Shown here piece by piece: positions 12,769 through 25,434 of a stretch of DNA of 64,000 nt. The stretch is taken from the NCBI RefSeq assembly GCF_025526975.1, contig NW_026515678.1, positions 620,001 through 684,000 of the forward strand. Reading direction: 5' to 3'. The number at the start of each line of letters is the position of its first letter. Position 1 is the stretch's first letter. Source of the stretch: Fimicolochytrium jonesii. Its lineage: Eukaryota. The notes under the pieces are model-generated. The model searched no databases and had not been told where the DNA came from. It was given only the letters and a program-made list of their open reading frames with translations. The position numbers and the translations under genes were made by a program.

Positions 12769-14054
12769 CAGTGTAGTCCAAAATTAGCGGGAGAAATTCA
12801 TGTGCACATGCAGCAAATTCAAGGTCGAAGGTTCAACGGTGACAAAGGGAGATTACCTAATGAACGCGTCCACCGTGAATGGAGCGAGTTCGCAGCAGAC
12901 TTCACGCTTCCGCCCATCAGCGTAGATGTCGCATCGGTGTCCTACGAAGCGAAGGCCACCGCGAGGTGCCAGTGCTCAGTGATGGAAAGCACTTTCCAAG
13001 CTGATCGTCCATGACCTGAGCCACTTCCTACACGCGTGCACCGTATCTCCTGCCGCGTAACGCCTGAACCGGAAACTTCGACATTCATCGTACAACCAAT
13101 TGCACGTTTGCGCATTGGTGTTGTCCGTGTTTTGCTCAGGCAGATTGGCACTAATCTATCTTCATATCCGTAGTGTGACTTTTCGAATTCCCGGGATTTT
13201 CAATCGCCATGTGATTGCTATCACTCTAGTAATCGATCCTGCCGTTCATACGATTTGGGTTCACCTGAGGAACCAGGATGTCCAAAGGCTGCCAGCCGGA
13301 TCTTTTGACACTACATTCCGACGCCTGCTGCACATTGTCCTTTCATTGGTCCCGCTCTCCGCGACGTTTGACCATTTTCCTCGAATGCTCCTTACAAAAG
13401 TCGGCCAAAGTTCTGACAAGGTGTCCAAATACGTGGCTGTCGTGTTCCTTCAGTCGCAGTCATATACGATAAGTGGGGTCTGCGCTACGCATTCATCTCG
13501 TTCCGAGCTCCTGGGCGAAAGGCGATGGGCCGTCGCAAAAGTTTATCTCGGCTTGCATTCGTTTTGGTTTTTCGAAAGTCATTTCATACTTGGCCAGCTG
13601 TGTGGATGTCTCAACATACGAAGACGGAATTATTGGGGACTACATTTTGGGCAAAACTTTCAGGCGCAAACGACGTTCTGCAATGTATACTAGCATATTT
13701 ACACACGCATGAGCCAACCGACCTGTGCGTTCGATTCCTTTCGGCTACTTCAAGCTGAACGACTTCCTGCAACTTCAAGATTCCCTTGATCTCAAGCCCC
13801 ATGCCGTTTATTGGTTCGCGAGCTATCAAGAACTTATCCGGAATGCTCGCGTTCTGAAATCGATCATGAAAGATATTCGCAACCTGCAAAATTCAAAGTT
13901 GACTTGATGGTGGAAATCTTTATGCTACAGTAGTGGATACAGTCGCTAAACTAAAAAGTGATATATCGACTCTTCCAACTCGTTTCAAATGGATCAAACT
14001 GCTTTCGCTGCCAAGACAAACATGGCATCTGGAATCATCTAGCACATTCTGGCA

Positions 14055-14728
14055 TTAAGTAGCGTCGTCCGCTCGGGCCCAATCGAAAGGGCTAGCGCAG
14101 CCCGGGCAAGTGACGTGATCGCATCCTCGAGTTTTCTCTGCAACGAGGTGGACAAAATACGAACAAGTGATGTACCAAGGTCAGCTCGTCTAAGGTTCAC
14201 GACGGATCGGCCTTCAATCGCGTGACGAGAGCTCCGTAGCCCCTATTCATGGATGGACGCACCGATGAACATGCCACAATTCGGGCATTTGCGGATATCA
14301 GAGGCTCGCAGAAGGAGTTCTCTTTCCCTTGCGGCGCGCTGCTCAGCCTCGACTTTGGCGGGTGCGACTGCGGCTGCTGCTGCCGCCGCTTGGGACGACA
14401 TTCTGGTGCTGGGAGGGCGACACATGGCTTCTTCGGTTTTGACAGGTCTGCAGAAGGCGGACGGAGATGAGGTTTGGAATGACGTCGGGTTCCAACTGGT
14501 GGCCGAGAAGGCGACAGAGATGAGGCTTAGACTTACAACGGCTTCAGCGGTCTGCAGAGACGATGTATCAATCAATGCTTGAGGTTGCTCCGGTTCCAAA
14601 GGCTGCAAAGGCGACGTGGCGGGTGAGGCTGGGCGTGAATCGATGTTGCTCTGTTCAACGCTGTGGGCTTCGTTGCGCTTTAGGCATGTGAGCAGTAAAT
14701 ATGATGTGTGATACGGTTTGAGCGACAA
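14055..14728 (-). CDS. Protein ending in an RBR-type RING2/Rcat domain; 5' exons unresolved
   Basis: Removing intron 14138-14262 (GTGCGT..CAG) gives IRKCPNCGMFIEKTRGCDHVTCPGCASPFDW...stop at 14055. This matches the CPxCxxxIEKxxGCxHxxCxxCxxxFxW Rcat signature. Confidence 0.65.
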
Positions 14729-16334
14729 GGGGGTGGGACATTTCGCTTATCTGGGGTGGAACGGAAACCGGTTTCTGCTCATTTCAAAGGAACGTAAGTG
14801 TGGAGTTGTTCAGAGTCTCGGTTTTAGTTTGTTTTGTAGGGGACGAAGGCGACAAACGGCGTAACCCCCCACAAAGATCCGTGGCCCCCCGCCGACGGCC
14901 TCACATTGATTGCTGTCATAGAATATGGCACGACGGAGACACCGTAGAGCGCAGTCCGGTGAGTCCTTTTGATCTCATTGGTGCCTATGCATTGATTTGT
15001 GGGGCAAATGGGCGACAAACAGGTCTCAGACCTCAACACGTTCAGCGGTCAGTAAAGTTCAGAGCAGGTTTCAACATTGACAGTTTCGACTGACCTCAGA
15101 ATGACGGGCGTGTTAGTCATGCAAGGATCCTCCAACCTGGTTTGGACGCGGTCGGCACTCCCGGTTACCAGGAACGCGGTTTGACAGCGCCGAATTCTGG
15201 AATTCTGGAATTCTGGTTTGACACCATGGCTCATCCTACAATTTCAATTTCCGTCGTTGGGTTCGTTTCGCCAACTGTAACTATCACGTGGCGCTTGCAT
15301 CAAGCATGCGCAGAGCACACATGCCCATTCATCGATTGAAGTGGCATTGTAAAGAAAGGTTCGATATAGATGCTATGCAGCTTGACACTTCAGCGAGCCG
15401 GCTCAGCTTTCAGTTCTGCATGTATACGTAATAATCATGTAGTAAGGAAGGGAGGGGGGGCCTGAGAGAATCTGGTGTCGTCAGAGCGTTCACCGTCGCG
15501 GGGGGGCAAACCGCGGATCAATTTCGGTGAGCCTTGCGCGATGAATGGGGGGGATTCAGGATTGATGTAACATGAGTCCCGTGTGCTACCATCCCAGCTC
15601 ACTGGGTCTATTGGGTGTCTTACGTTCGGGATCCGCGCCCAGACACTGGGAGCGAAAGCCAAATCGCACGGAAGTGCGGAGAGCCCGAGTGCCAGGGGCG
15701 CGCCCACGCTTTGTTGCTGGGAAGCCCACGCTTTGCGGTTGGGAAGCCAAAAGGAGGAGCAAGAACCGGGGGTGCGTGGGCAGCCCAGAGCGCCCGGACT
15801 CCCCCGTCCCCCGTCCTCCCCGTCCGTCCCCCGTCCCAGGAGAATCCTACTGCCGCTCGCCCTCCCTCCCTCCTCGCGACTGGCTGGCTGGCAACACAAA
15901 CTCCATCTCCCGCAGCTACTAGGCAAGCCGATTGTCCGAGCGCTCTTACAACTACCCCAGCCAAACAACGCGGCACAATACGCACCGGAAAACGAGAGAG
16001 ACGAGAGACGAGAGACAAGCGCACTGCGAGTCAGCGGCTCCCGCCGCACTTACTGTATTTACTCCCCTCGCTGTCCCCCAACATACGCACTCGTCGTCAC
16101 TCTTCCACCACCTCAACTTTGCCCTCACGCTCTCGCTACCTACGTTGTACTCGACCTCTCTTGCTGCTGCTTCTACGGCAAGCGATATTTATTCGCCCCC
16201 CTTGCGCTCCGTATAACAAGTCTACAGTCTTTCCGTTCGCTTAGAGCAATATTGATAGTGCTCGCCACTTGGCATATCGTGCATACTCGCTTTCGTTTGT
16301 AAACAGCCCATGGTAGTACTGTTGTCCGCCTCAC

Positions 16335-18439
16335 ATGGACCCGCAAGACACGTCGAACCCTGATAACCTCCGCGACGGGGAGGATTCTCGCTCCGACCCC
16401 GACAGGTACGTGCCAGCTAGTAGGGCAGAGCAGCAGAGGGAATATCAAAAACAGTGTGTGAGAACGTAGGCGGTCGCGACCTGTCTTTCGGTCTGGCTTC
16501 ACTCCCGGTTCTCGGGCCAAGCGCGTTGACGGGATTTTTTTTGCAATCTGAACCAAGACCGACAGGCATGGTCTTCTCTGCGGGGCTTCTCTGGACTGGC
16601 ATGGCTTCGATCATTGTCGTTCGGAATGTCCTTCACTTAGAGTGTGCGCTAGTACTCATCGCTTCGTCGCGTCCCCTCCTCTTTTTTCTCAGACGTCCGA
16701 CCGAGGCCTCCTCAAACCGTCTCGCGCGTTATGGCCTACGTATTCTGCAACAGCCACAGCGTGCTAGAGCATGTGGCTACGGTACTAAAGGTGAGTAGTC
16801 TTGAAAGCATCGCCGAACGGGAGGGCCCGAGAATCACTCCGCTTGTGGGGGTTTATCTTGTGCTCTAATGGATTGAGATTTAACATGGCAATGCCATAAC
16901 CAATGTTCCTCGATCAACGGGCACTAAAAACTCAAAGGTAGCCTCCTGACACTTATCATCATTCCTTTTCCGTGCTTTCGCCATCATTAGATAGGAGACG
17001 AGTAGATCCCGTGAGTTGACACCGTCGCTCAACTCTGATGTGCTCATATAACCTCTAACACTCCATCTGCACTTGGATTACTTCAGCCGCCTGTTCTCGA
17101 GCTATATAAGATCAAGGCCAATGGGGTCGAAGAAATCTGGTACGGGCGATGCATGGGCGTGCGCATCGATTTGCATAGAAGAACACACCTGGTGCCACAT
17201 GGGTTTCCTTTTTTTTTTTGCCTGACCTGACCTCTGTATCAGCACGCAGGAAGAGCCATACCTGGTTTGCCATGCATCCCTGACGGACGCGGATGGCGTA
17301 GAAGACTGCTCGCTGATTCGAAACCACTACGCCGAACCGCAAGCTGACGAGCTCGCGCAAACGCAGCACTCTCTCATCGGTCTTTACGTTGCGACGCCTC
17401 GGCTTCTCAAGGATAAACAAGGAACTACGAGGCTGATGTTTGTGTTCTCCGACCTGAGCATCCGGCCCGCGGGAACCTTTCGATTGCGGTTTCGTCTGGC
17501 TGATTTGCAACCTGTTCTGTCTGGGTAAGCAACCTTTTTTGTTCTTCAAACATTTTGCACCCATACGCAACGATATTTCCTCGAAGAGCAGCCCACTGAA
17601 CCTTGGACCGCAGATCGGACCTTGCTACGAAAGAGCCGTCGCCGCAGTATCTGCCTTCGTCTGTCGGCCCCTCGGCTTTCCGTGATTTGACCACTGAACA
17701 AGCAAGACCATCGCCTATTTCAGGCAAACGTTTCAGCGCTCCTGTACCTGCCAGCACCACCGCACTATCTCAGGCCGCCCCGAGTTCCCAAGCTCGAAGT
17801 TCAGGCTCTGGTTCCCAAGCTCGAAGTTCAGGCTCTGGTTCCCAAGAACGAAGTTCAGGCTCTAGTTCTCAAGCACCGACCTCGCACCCCTGGCCCTCTC
17901 AATCACAAGGTTTCGGTTCCGCTTCCCAGGCCTTGACACACACCTCGCAAACACAACCGGATGGTGGTGGTCCGACCCCGCCCAGCAAAGTTAGCGTGAT
18001 TCCATCAACTGTTGTGGCATTGAGCGAACGGATTACCAGCTTCAAGGCTAAGGCATTTCCGGGAATGTTAGAGGTAAGGACTAGCCATGGATTCTAGATG
18101 CAAGAACTTCTTGATCAATCCAGATTCATATATCCCCAGACCACACAACTCTCCCGTGCCTTGGTGGCTGGCGGCTATTCCGACATCCACCTCCGTCGGC
18201 CTATCGTGGGCTCAGGCAATGGATCGGCACAAGGTTCGCGAGCTGTCTCTCCACCGCGGCGAACGGCAACATCCGCGCCTGCAGAGCACCCCACGATTCC
18301 GTGCGTTCCAGAAGCAACGGCAGCCATTGCGGCATCGACCATCACTGATCCGATGGAACCGATTGAGGATACGATGGTGGAGCGCTTGGGAGAGGAAGAT
18401 GAGGTGTTCAATCCGGCGGATGACTTTAAAACGGTTTGA
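16335..18439 (+). CDS. Velvet-domain transcription regulator (divergent), multi-exon
   Basis: Spliced motifs: RYGLRILQQPQRARACGYGTK|DRRRVDP|PPVLEL, LIGLYVATPRLLKD...MFVFSDLSIRPAGTFRLRFRL, SERITSFKAKAFPGMLE|TTQLSRALVAGG. These are canonical velvet blocks. The ATG at 16335 is inferred. Confidence 0.9.
17784..17874 (+). repeat. 27-bp coding tandem repeat, about 3.3 copies (SQARSSGSG)
   Basis: GTTCCCAAGCTCGAAGTTCAGGCTCTG at 17784 and 17811, with a variant at 17838. Confidence 0.9.
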
Positions 18440-19110
18440 ACGGCCGTGGCACTTGCGGAACCTTCCACGAGTGCCGTAATGCAGAGCAAACGGGTTGCAT
18501 CCCCAACAAGATCAAGAAGAATGTCCGCAAGTCAATAAAGCGATTCTGAATAGCCACAAATTGAAATCGGGCGGATGTAGTCCGTCCCCTATATAGCGCA
18601 CTCATGTCAACTGGGGCATTTCATTGCCCGATTTGATGCAATTTCTGATACGAAGTATATTGCTATTTCATTGTCAAATTGTAAGCGTTGATAGCAGCAT
18701 GTATTTACAGTTGGAGCAATTGAAAAAGTATTGGCAGGTGATGGCTTGCAGCAGCGGGGATGGTTTGGTGATAGAAGATACTATGTACTGTACATGCGGA
18801 AAGCAGCTATTCCAAGGCTGAAAGGGTTCCACGGCAAGCGAAACGCATGAATGATGCGGTTTCCGATGTTTTTTCGGACATGAATGTTAATGCGAGTGTA
18901 CGCGCTCGAAAAGATACGACCTCATGGGATGGCATCAGATGCCGAAGTCGTCGCCCATCACAATAGGCTACATGCATCCTCAGGTTGGCTGCCTATGCGC
19001 GGGAACTTGGAAACGGAACCCGTTTGAGCGTTCTGCATGGTCGGCTTCTTCTACAGAGTTCTTTCATGAATGTTTCCGCCCGTCTGCAAAGCGATCTAAG
19101 CTCGTGAAAA

Positions 19111-20537
19111 TCAGAGGGTGGTGGAAGTCAGTAAGACCCATACATTCCAAAGCCAGCACTTGAATTCCTCGTGCCGATCATCCACATCTTCGATCATCTT
19201 GAGCTGGACCATGGGCTTCCCTGCAAAGCAGGTACTCACAGGCTCCGCCACGAGAAGACTGTTCCGTACGGGTTCCCGTCTACAAAAAAGAAAAAGAAAG
19301 CAGATGAGCAAATAACATCTCAGAGGGAGGTGTCGAGGATGGGCAAGATCGGCGGATGCTGATCTAACTTGTCCGTCTCTCATGGGGAGAGTGTTAAAGA
19401 GCCATGTCGGCGGATGCTTAGCATCCTCCATCATGGTGTGGTCCGATGAGCCATGTTGGCGGATGTTCCTCGGACTCTTTCCGCCGCCATTTACTCAGAC
19501 TTCCGAAGAGCAACTACACGGACTGTGGCATGCTGAGCCTTGTAGTAAAGGTCGTGCCACACGCGGTTTGTCTTGAGTACCTTCATGCTCGCGATCGGGT
19601 CTGAGCACGAGTCATGGCCTACAAATGCGCGGCCCGGATCCTCCATAAACGCAAGCACGCCGGAGACACTTGAATACATCGTGTTGATGATCATCAAGGC
19701 CTTTGAGAGTACCAGCAACGAGATTCTTGCCCTTCAATCGGTCACGGAATTGGTTCATTTACGGATCAATCCCCTCCTATCCCGGGTACTCAACAGAACA
19801 AGGCCATCCTGCGCCCATTTTTCGAAGAAAGGCTCCCAAGCCGGCGATCTGCGCTTGATTTCAGGTGCTGGTTTTTTCCAACGGCGTTGCAATGCAGAAA
19901 AAAACATAGTTCCAGGTGTGTCTTTGTAAACGTGTTCGTTTCGGAAGTGGGAGCATGCCTTATCCAGGCGATATCGACTGTCGAGATGAAACGTACGGGA
20001 ACTTTCCGAGCTTCATTAAACTTCAAGTAGGGACTAAGGCATTGGTGCGAGGTACGCATGATCTTGCAATATGGTGGGCCTGCCGTGCGTATGGGGAGTG
20101 AGGCAGCGGGCGGTCTCGCATTCCTTCCTCTGGCGCTGACTGAATTTGTTATACGGAAGAACTTCGTCGCACTGTAACACTTGTGTCGTCTCCGGCATAG
20201 TAGTTTGTCTGTGGCATGATGCATTAAGTCGGTTGGTGCTGTCCAAACCAACTAGGAGAACATACTGTCTCTGCTTACCTGGCCGACGGTCGTCTGTGTC
20301 TTGTACAGTGACGACGAAGGCTTCAGCTTCAGCGAGGAAGAAGGCTTCAGCCTGGTACGGGCTTTCGTAATCTTTGTTGTGAGTGAAGACTGAGAGGGCG
20401 GCTGCGTCCTTGATGACTTCATATGGTTCCCATGTAATTAGCGGGAGTGATGGGTGTGGCAGGCATTGCAACGACGAGTTTCTGCAGTGACGGTGGACCG
20501 AGGTCAGTACCAGCCAACTTCCACAATCGCGTGCCAC
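19111..20537 (-). pseudogene. Decayed coding sequence containing a chromodomain C-terminal half
   Basis: TWEPYEVIKDAAALSVF (~20385-20435) resembles TWETHERVKDCAALDDF in the element A chromodomain. It is followed by broken minus-strand ORFs. Confidence 0.35.
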
Positions 20538-20568
20538 TCACACACACACACCTAACCCTAACCCTGCC

Positions 20569-20864
20569 TCACTTACCCGGCAACGACGACTGGAACGGCC
20601 TCTGTACCGGCAAGGCATAAATCAAGGCGTGATGGTCCATCGGCGTGGGACAATCATAAAAGATGTTGCTGATGACGGGAATTAGGAACGCCCGGCGACT
20701 GCTGATAACGGGAAGTAGGAACGCGGCGCCTTTTCCTGATCCCGTTTGCGCGCAATACATAAGATCATAAGGCCTGCGCTCAGAGCGGGGCCTGCGCTCA
20801 GAGCGGGAATCGCAAATCTCTGGATTGGGGTGGGCTTGTTGTAGGATGCCAGCTCCCGTAGCAT
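20569..20864 (-). pseudogene. Fragment of a Ded1/DDX3-like DEAD-box helicase (Q motif + motif I), frameshifted
   Basis: YNKPTPIQRFAIPALSAG and DLMYCAQTGSGKGAAFLLPVIS lie in different frames. Internal duplications: PALSAG twice, and AFLLPVIS/AFLIPVIS. No DEAD or SAT motifs follow. Confidence 0.75.
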
Positions 20865-21418
20865 CCATGCGATACCTCTTCCCCGCCGACGTCGTCGTTA
20901 TCGGACGCCTATACAGAGTGAAAGTCAGTCTCGGTCCAACGACAACCCGAACGAACCAATCGTACTCACCACAGCAAATCTGTGGATTGGGGTGGGCTTG
21001 TTGTAGGACGCGTTCGTAGCTGAACTCATGGGAGGTAGATGGAATGTGTTTTCCTTTTGGGTGGATGGCTTCTGTATCTCGTCTCCCAGCGAGCGCTTTT
21101 ACGGGAGTGTTTGGGTGGTGTGAGGTCGTTTCCGGCCGGCCGTGAGAAACTTCGTGGTGGGAGCCAAGGACTAAGCTGTCGAAAAGTGACAGTCGCAGGC
21201 GGGCTGCGTAAACGCTCGCGGCCTATGCGAAGATCTTGGGTGAGATGCTTTTCCTAACCCACCCGACCCGAACCCAAGGGTGCTTTTGAGAACGGGGTGG
21301 GCTTGTTGTAGGACGTTTCTCATGGCCGCCAACGTCTCCCGTCAAGACGAGCAACCGCGGGGTTGCAGGGCGCTAAGCCGACGATGCCAATGATGATGGT
21401 TCACGTTCGAGTTCGGTT

Positions 21419-24400
21419 TCATCGGCGACTAGGAGTGGAAACGCGTGGTTCACTCTGCGAAAAATTTCTCGCCATGCGCCAAAGGTCGCCGTAATCGTCT
21501 GCACGTCCGTTTAGAGCGTGCTTTGCCCTGACGTATCCGTAGTCAAACTTGGCCGCGTCCTCCTGCTGGACTTTCTCGCCTTGCACCCAGCGCTTGAGCA
21601 GCGGTCTCCAGACTTCGGGCTTACATTTCTCGAGTCGCGAGTGCCTTGTCGTCGCTGATGGAGAGCCACTGGTTGTCTTCTTCTTTAGGTTTCGCGTGCA
21701 GCGGTGTCCATCTTGTAGATCAACACATTGTGTTCCTTGACCTCGCGCTTCCGACCCGTTCTTTGGCATGAAGATTAGCGACTCGCAATTTCTGGGGCTC
21801 TCCCTTCCTGGTGTTCTTCTTCGGCTAGAAGCCCTCTAAGTGCTTTCACGCGCCACGTTTGTAGGAGCAGCAATAATCCTGCGCGCGTTCAACTCCAGCT
21901 TTTCCAGGTATTAGTAGGTATGTGAGAAGCTGAATGACCTCAGTTTTGCCCGTGCGTGCGCGAGAGAAGTCCAGCAGAAGACTTCGTCCCACTTGTTCCT
22001 GCGATAGCGGTAAGGTCATGTTGGGCGGCTTGACCTCTTCCGATTGACATGACGCTTCCGATTCCGGAATGGGATGCAAGTTCTCGGGAGCTTCGACCGC
22101 GCAGAGTAGAGCGGATGGTACTTCCCAATCTCGGCAAGTCGGGAGACGCGCATAGTTGCGGGTGCGGTTCCGGTGGGCGCCTCGACTTGTAATGTGGACT
22201 TGTGCGCAGAGTACGAAAGGTCGTAACGGAATTTGTTCTCTTGGAGAACTTTGAGGTCCCGACGATCAAAAGCCCCACCTCCAAACGGCTCACTGCGACG
22301 GGAGCGCGATGCACATCTTTCGTAAACCCGAGCGCACCTGAGCGAATCGTGCGGACCCTGTGAATAATCATGAACTTTTTAAGGAACCGACGTATCGGTG
22401 AGCGTGTCAGCGATGAACTGAATGCTTGTGGCGGTAAAGTGCTCCTGCAATTTTTTGGCATGGCCCTTGTATCCGCGGAGTGCAGAATCTAGCTCCTGCG
22501 CATCTTGCTCGTTGGCTCCTTCGTCGAAAGATTGTTTGATTCCGTTCATCAAAGCGCAAGTCACTTGAAGTTCGACAGGGTTGTAGTGGGAGTCTCGCCG
22601 GCACCGTCGACCGTCTTGGGCATATCGTCCTTATGGACGTCGCCCGCCTCCGGAGCCTTGGTGGGAGTCTCATCGGCCGTCTCGACCATCTTGGGCACCT
22701 TGGGCCTCTCGAGCTCACCGAACGTCGTGTTGTGCTTAGGCTTGATCACGAGGCCCCGAATAACCATGTCGTAGGAGCCGTTCGAATGTTCGACCTCGTC
22801 CAAACCGTTGAAACCGGGAACTTCCATGAGCAATCTTTATAAGGAAGTCACTCGGACAAGAGTCGGTTGAAAGGATCTCAGGTTGTGTTGCTCGGCGGAG
22901 TTAGACTTCCCGAAACTTGAAAGACGAACGCGGCCCTTTTGCCCCTGCTAGGCTCCTTGCGGCAATGTACCGTGTGGCAGTTTTGTCGGGATACCGAGCT
23001 TGTTCACCGCGCTACACACCGTAGGTCTGGCGGCGACTTACTTCAGCGGGCGCATTATACGTCTCGTCGAGGGGTCCAAAACTCACGCTCCCCAGAGTGG
23101 TTTCCGTGCAAGCTCCAAGCCGGAAAATTGCGTTGCGCGCGGAATACAACAAGTGATACCAGAATTTATGGGTCCTCAGAATGCTCAAATCGCCGCACAA
23201 TCAGCAGTCCAATTCCGGGACCACTGACAGCAACCAATGCCGATTGACAACTGTCATAAATCCTGGGCTTCCCGAGTTCGTGGTCCGAACCGCGTTGATG
23301 ATCATGTACTTCTTCTGTGCACCGACGTTCCCGTTCAGCGGTCCTGCAACGAACCGTGTTGTCTTGCCATACTGCTCTCGGAGCTTCTAGGCGTGATCAG
23401 CGTATCCATCGGGGACTCCGAAGTCGGCGTCTTCCAGTTTTTTCTCGTCTTGACCTTCCGAGTGTCGATGGAAAGCCTTGATCATGTCCAATATATGCAC
23501 GTGGCTTGCAGGTGTGCGAGGATCTTTGTACAGCCTTTCGTAGCCGCCTGGAACATCTAGAACCCTCTCCCTTCTCTGTGAGTGCTCTCCAGTCTTCGGG
23601 AAGTTGTGGGCAAGCTTGAGCGTCCGAGCCCAGCGCTCTTGCAGGACTTCAGCAGCTAGCATCTGCTCATCATGGCTGTTGCTGTACACGTAGTTGCTCA
23701 GGAAATGATAACCTGTTTCGGACGGGCGGAACTGCTTCCTCCAGCTGATGATGCGGAAACGGGTTGACCTTCAGGATGAGTTTTCTTCTGTTGCTTGACC
23801 ACAGGGGTCAGTCCTCGCGAGTCGCCGCTCAAAACAAGCTTAGGATCGAAGGAGGCCACGCCGACGGTGCCGAGAGTGATGGGTTCGAGTTCGCCCAAAA
23901 AGTGTTTTCCCGAATGCAGCTGCCACGGCGAGGGGGTCAGGGGTTCCGGCATTTGCTTCTCCAGCAGAGACTCGAACACAGAGTCATCGAGAAATCTGTT
24001 CAACTCTTTAGGAGCCTCGACGGCCCGAAGTACCTGAAGAAGTTGTTGATTTCAAAGGACTTACTTTACTGGGCTGAAGTTCATCAATGCGGCCAAGAAT
24101 GCGGCTCGCTTCTCCTCGAGAACATGGTATAGAGCAAGTCTCCGAAATCCTGGGGTTCGGGCGAACAGCGAACTTGTATTCCACTGATCGCTGCACGCTT
24201 TGACTAATTTGTGATTCAATTTGCTGATGCGTGTGCCGACAAGCCGCTCGACCGCCTTTTCATTCACCGCGAATTCGATGTGAACTTTGGGGATGATGCG
24301 CTAATTTCCGTATGGTCTATTCCGACTGCGAGTGATGCTGCCCAAAATTTGACCATTCCCTCATGCGTCGCAAATTATTTTCGGCCGGAGAGGGACGTCG

Positions 24401-25434
24401 AGGTCAAGGAGGGGCTTCGATGTGAAAGCTTAGTGGGCAGCTTGTTAACCTGTTCGTTCCATAGTCCATGTTTCCCGTGCTGGTGCTTGAGACCTTATTC
24501 GCGATTTGGATAGCTGCGATATCTGCACTCGTCCAGAATGGACTTTGTTGCAGTTGATCGTTCAGGACTCCGAAGTGGTAATGCAAAGAGATAAGCCTGC
24601 CTCCAATGACGGCACATGCGTCTGGTTCTGGTTCCGTTGCCTTGAAGTTCGCAGGTCAACTTCGGGTATCTCCTGCCGTTTCCTGCATTGGCGATGATTG
24701 GCTGGTTGGCACTTGCTCGATGCGAAGCATGCCTCCCGCCCTTGAGTTCTGAAAGGCTTCCCCTGCGCAGAGTATTTTGAACCTGTGAGAGGACGTGCCT
24801 CAAGCTGAGGGTACTGTGTTGAAGTTCCTAATTGCAAGTCGGTGCGGGCGTAGGTTTTCCTCGATGACCTTTTCGTGAAGGTCTTGGCTGAGATACTAGC
24901 CATGGTCACATCAGACAGATGCTATCCCGTATCCTAGATCGTATGTAACCTCAGGGAAGACAAGATTTGGGATAAATTAGGAAACAGTTCAACGGCGACT
25001 CTCCGCCGAACTTCTGGTGAAGATGCCAAAAGCCGTTGAAGGGCGCTCGGTGTTCAAGACTTCAGACGTATGGCAGTGATAGCCCCGGCCCTAGAGTGAA
25101 CCCTACATCAAATCAAGAAAACCCGTTCAACGCACGAACCGAGTAGAAAGCGGAGCGCAAATGAGTCGTACGTACCAACTTAGTGAAGTTCCGGTGCAGA
25201 ACCGACATGGACGTCAGTTCGCGGGAAAACGACGTATCGGTGGAATACCAGTCCGACGTAGCTCAAAGCGGTATGCCACCTGTCGGCTCCCAACATACCG
25301 CGCCCACCCGGAATGACATTTTTATATATAATGCCATGCCAAGCAAGTGGAGCTTGACTCGCGTCGTCGGTAGCTCGAAGCTTGACTTCCAATTTCCACA
25401 GTGACACTTTTCCTCGAGTTATCTCCTCAGACAT
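21419..25434 (-). pseudogene. Long decayed minus-strand coding region of unknown family
   Basis: Chain of abutting protein-like minus ORFs (25180-25434, 24061-24267, 23698-24003, 23387-23689, 22561-22833, 22379-22564, 21846-22079, 21419-21769). Those checked are separated by single stops or frameshifts. TATAAAAG on the minus strand at ~25972-25979. Confidence 0.4.

Noticed and set aside
12800..13889. Possible further minus-strand exons upstream of the DUF262 exon
   Set aside because: Splice-like signals exist, but I could not build a stop-free model or recognise a domain; left unannotated
15435..16302. Overlapping 200+ aa ORFs on both strands
   Set aside because: Low-complexity, GC-skewed sequence between divergent genes with no protein motifs; more likely promoter/UTR
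20538..20566. (CA)n followed by CCTAACCCTAACCCT, telomere-like
   Set aside because: Only about 2.5 units, within an intron-like stretch; too short to call an interstitial telomere
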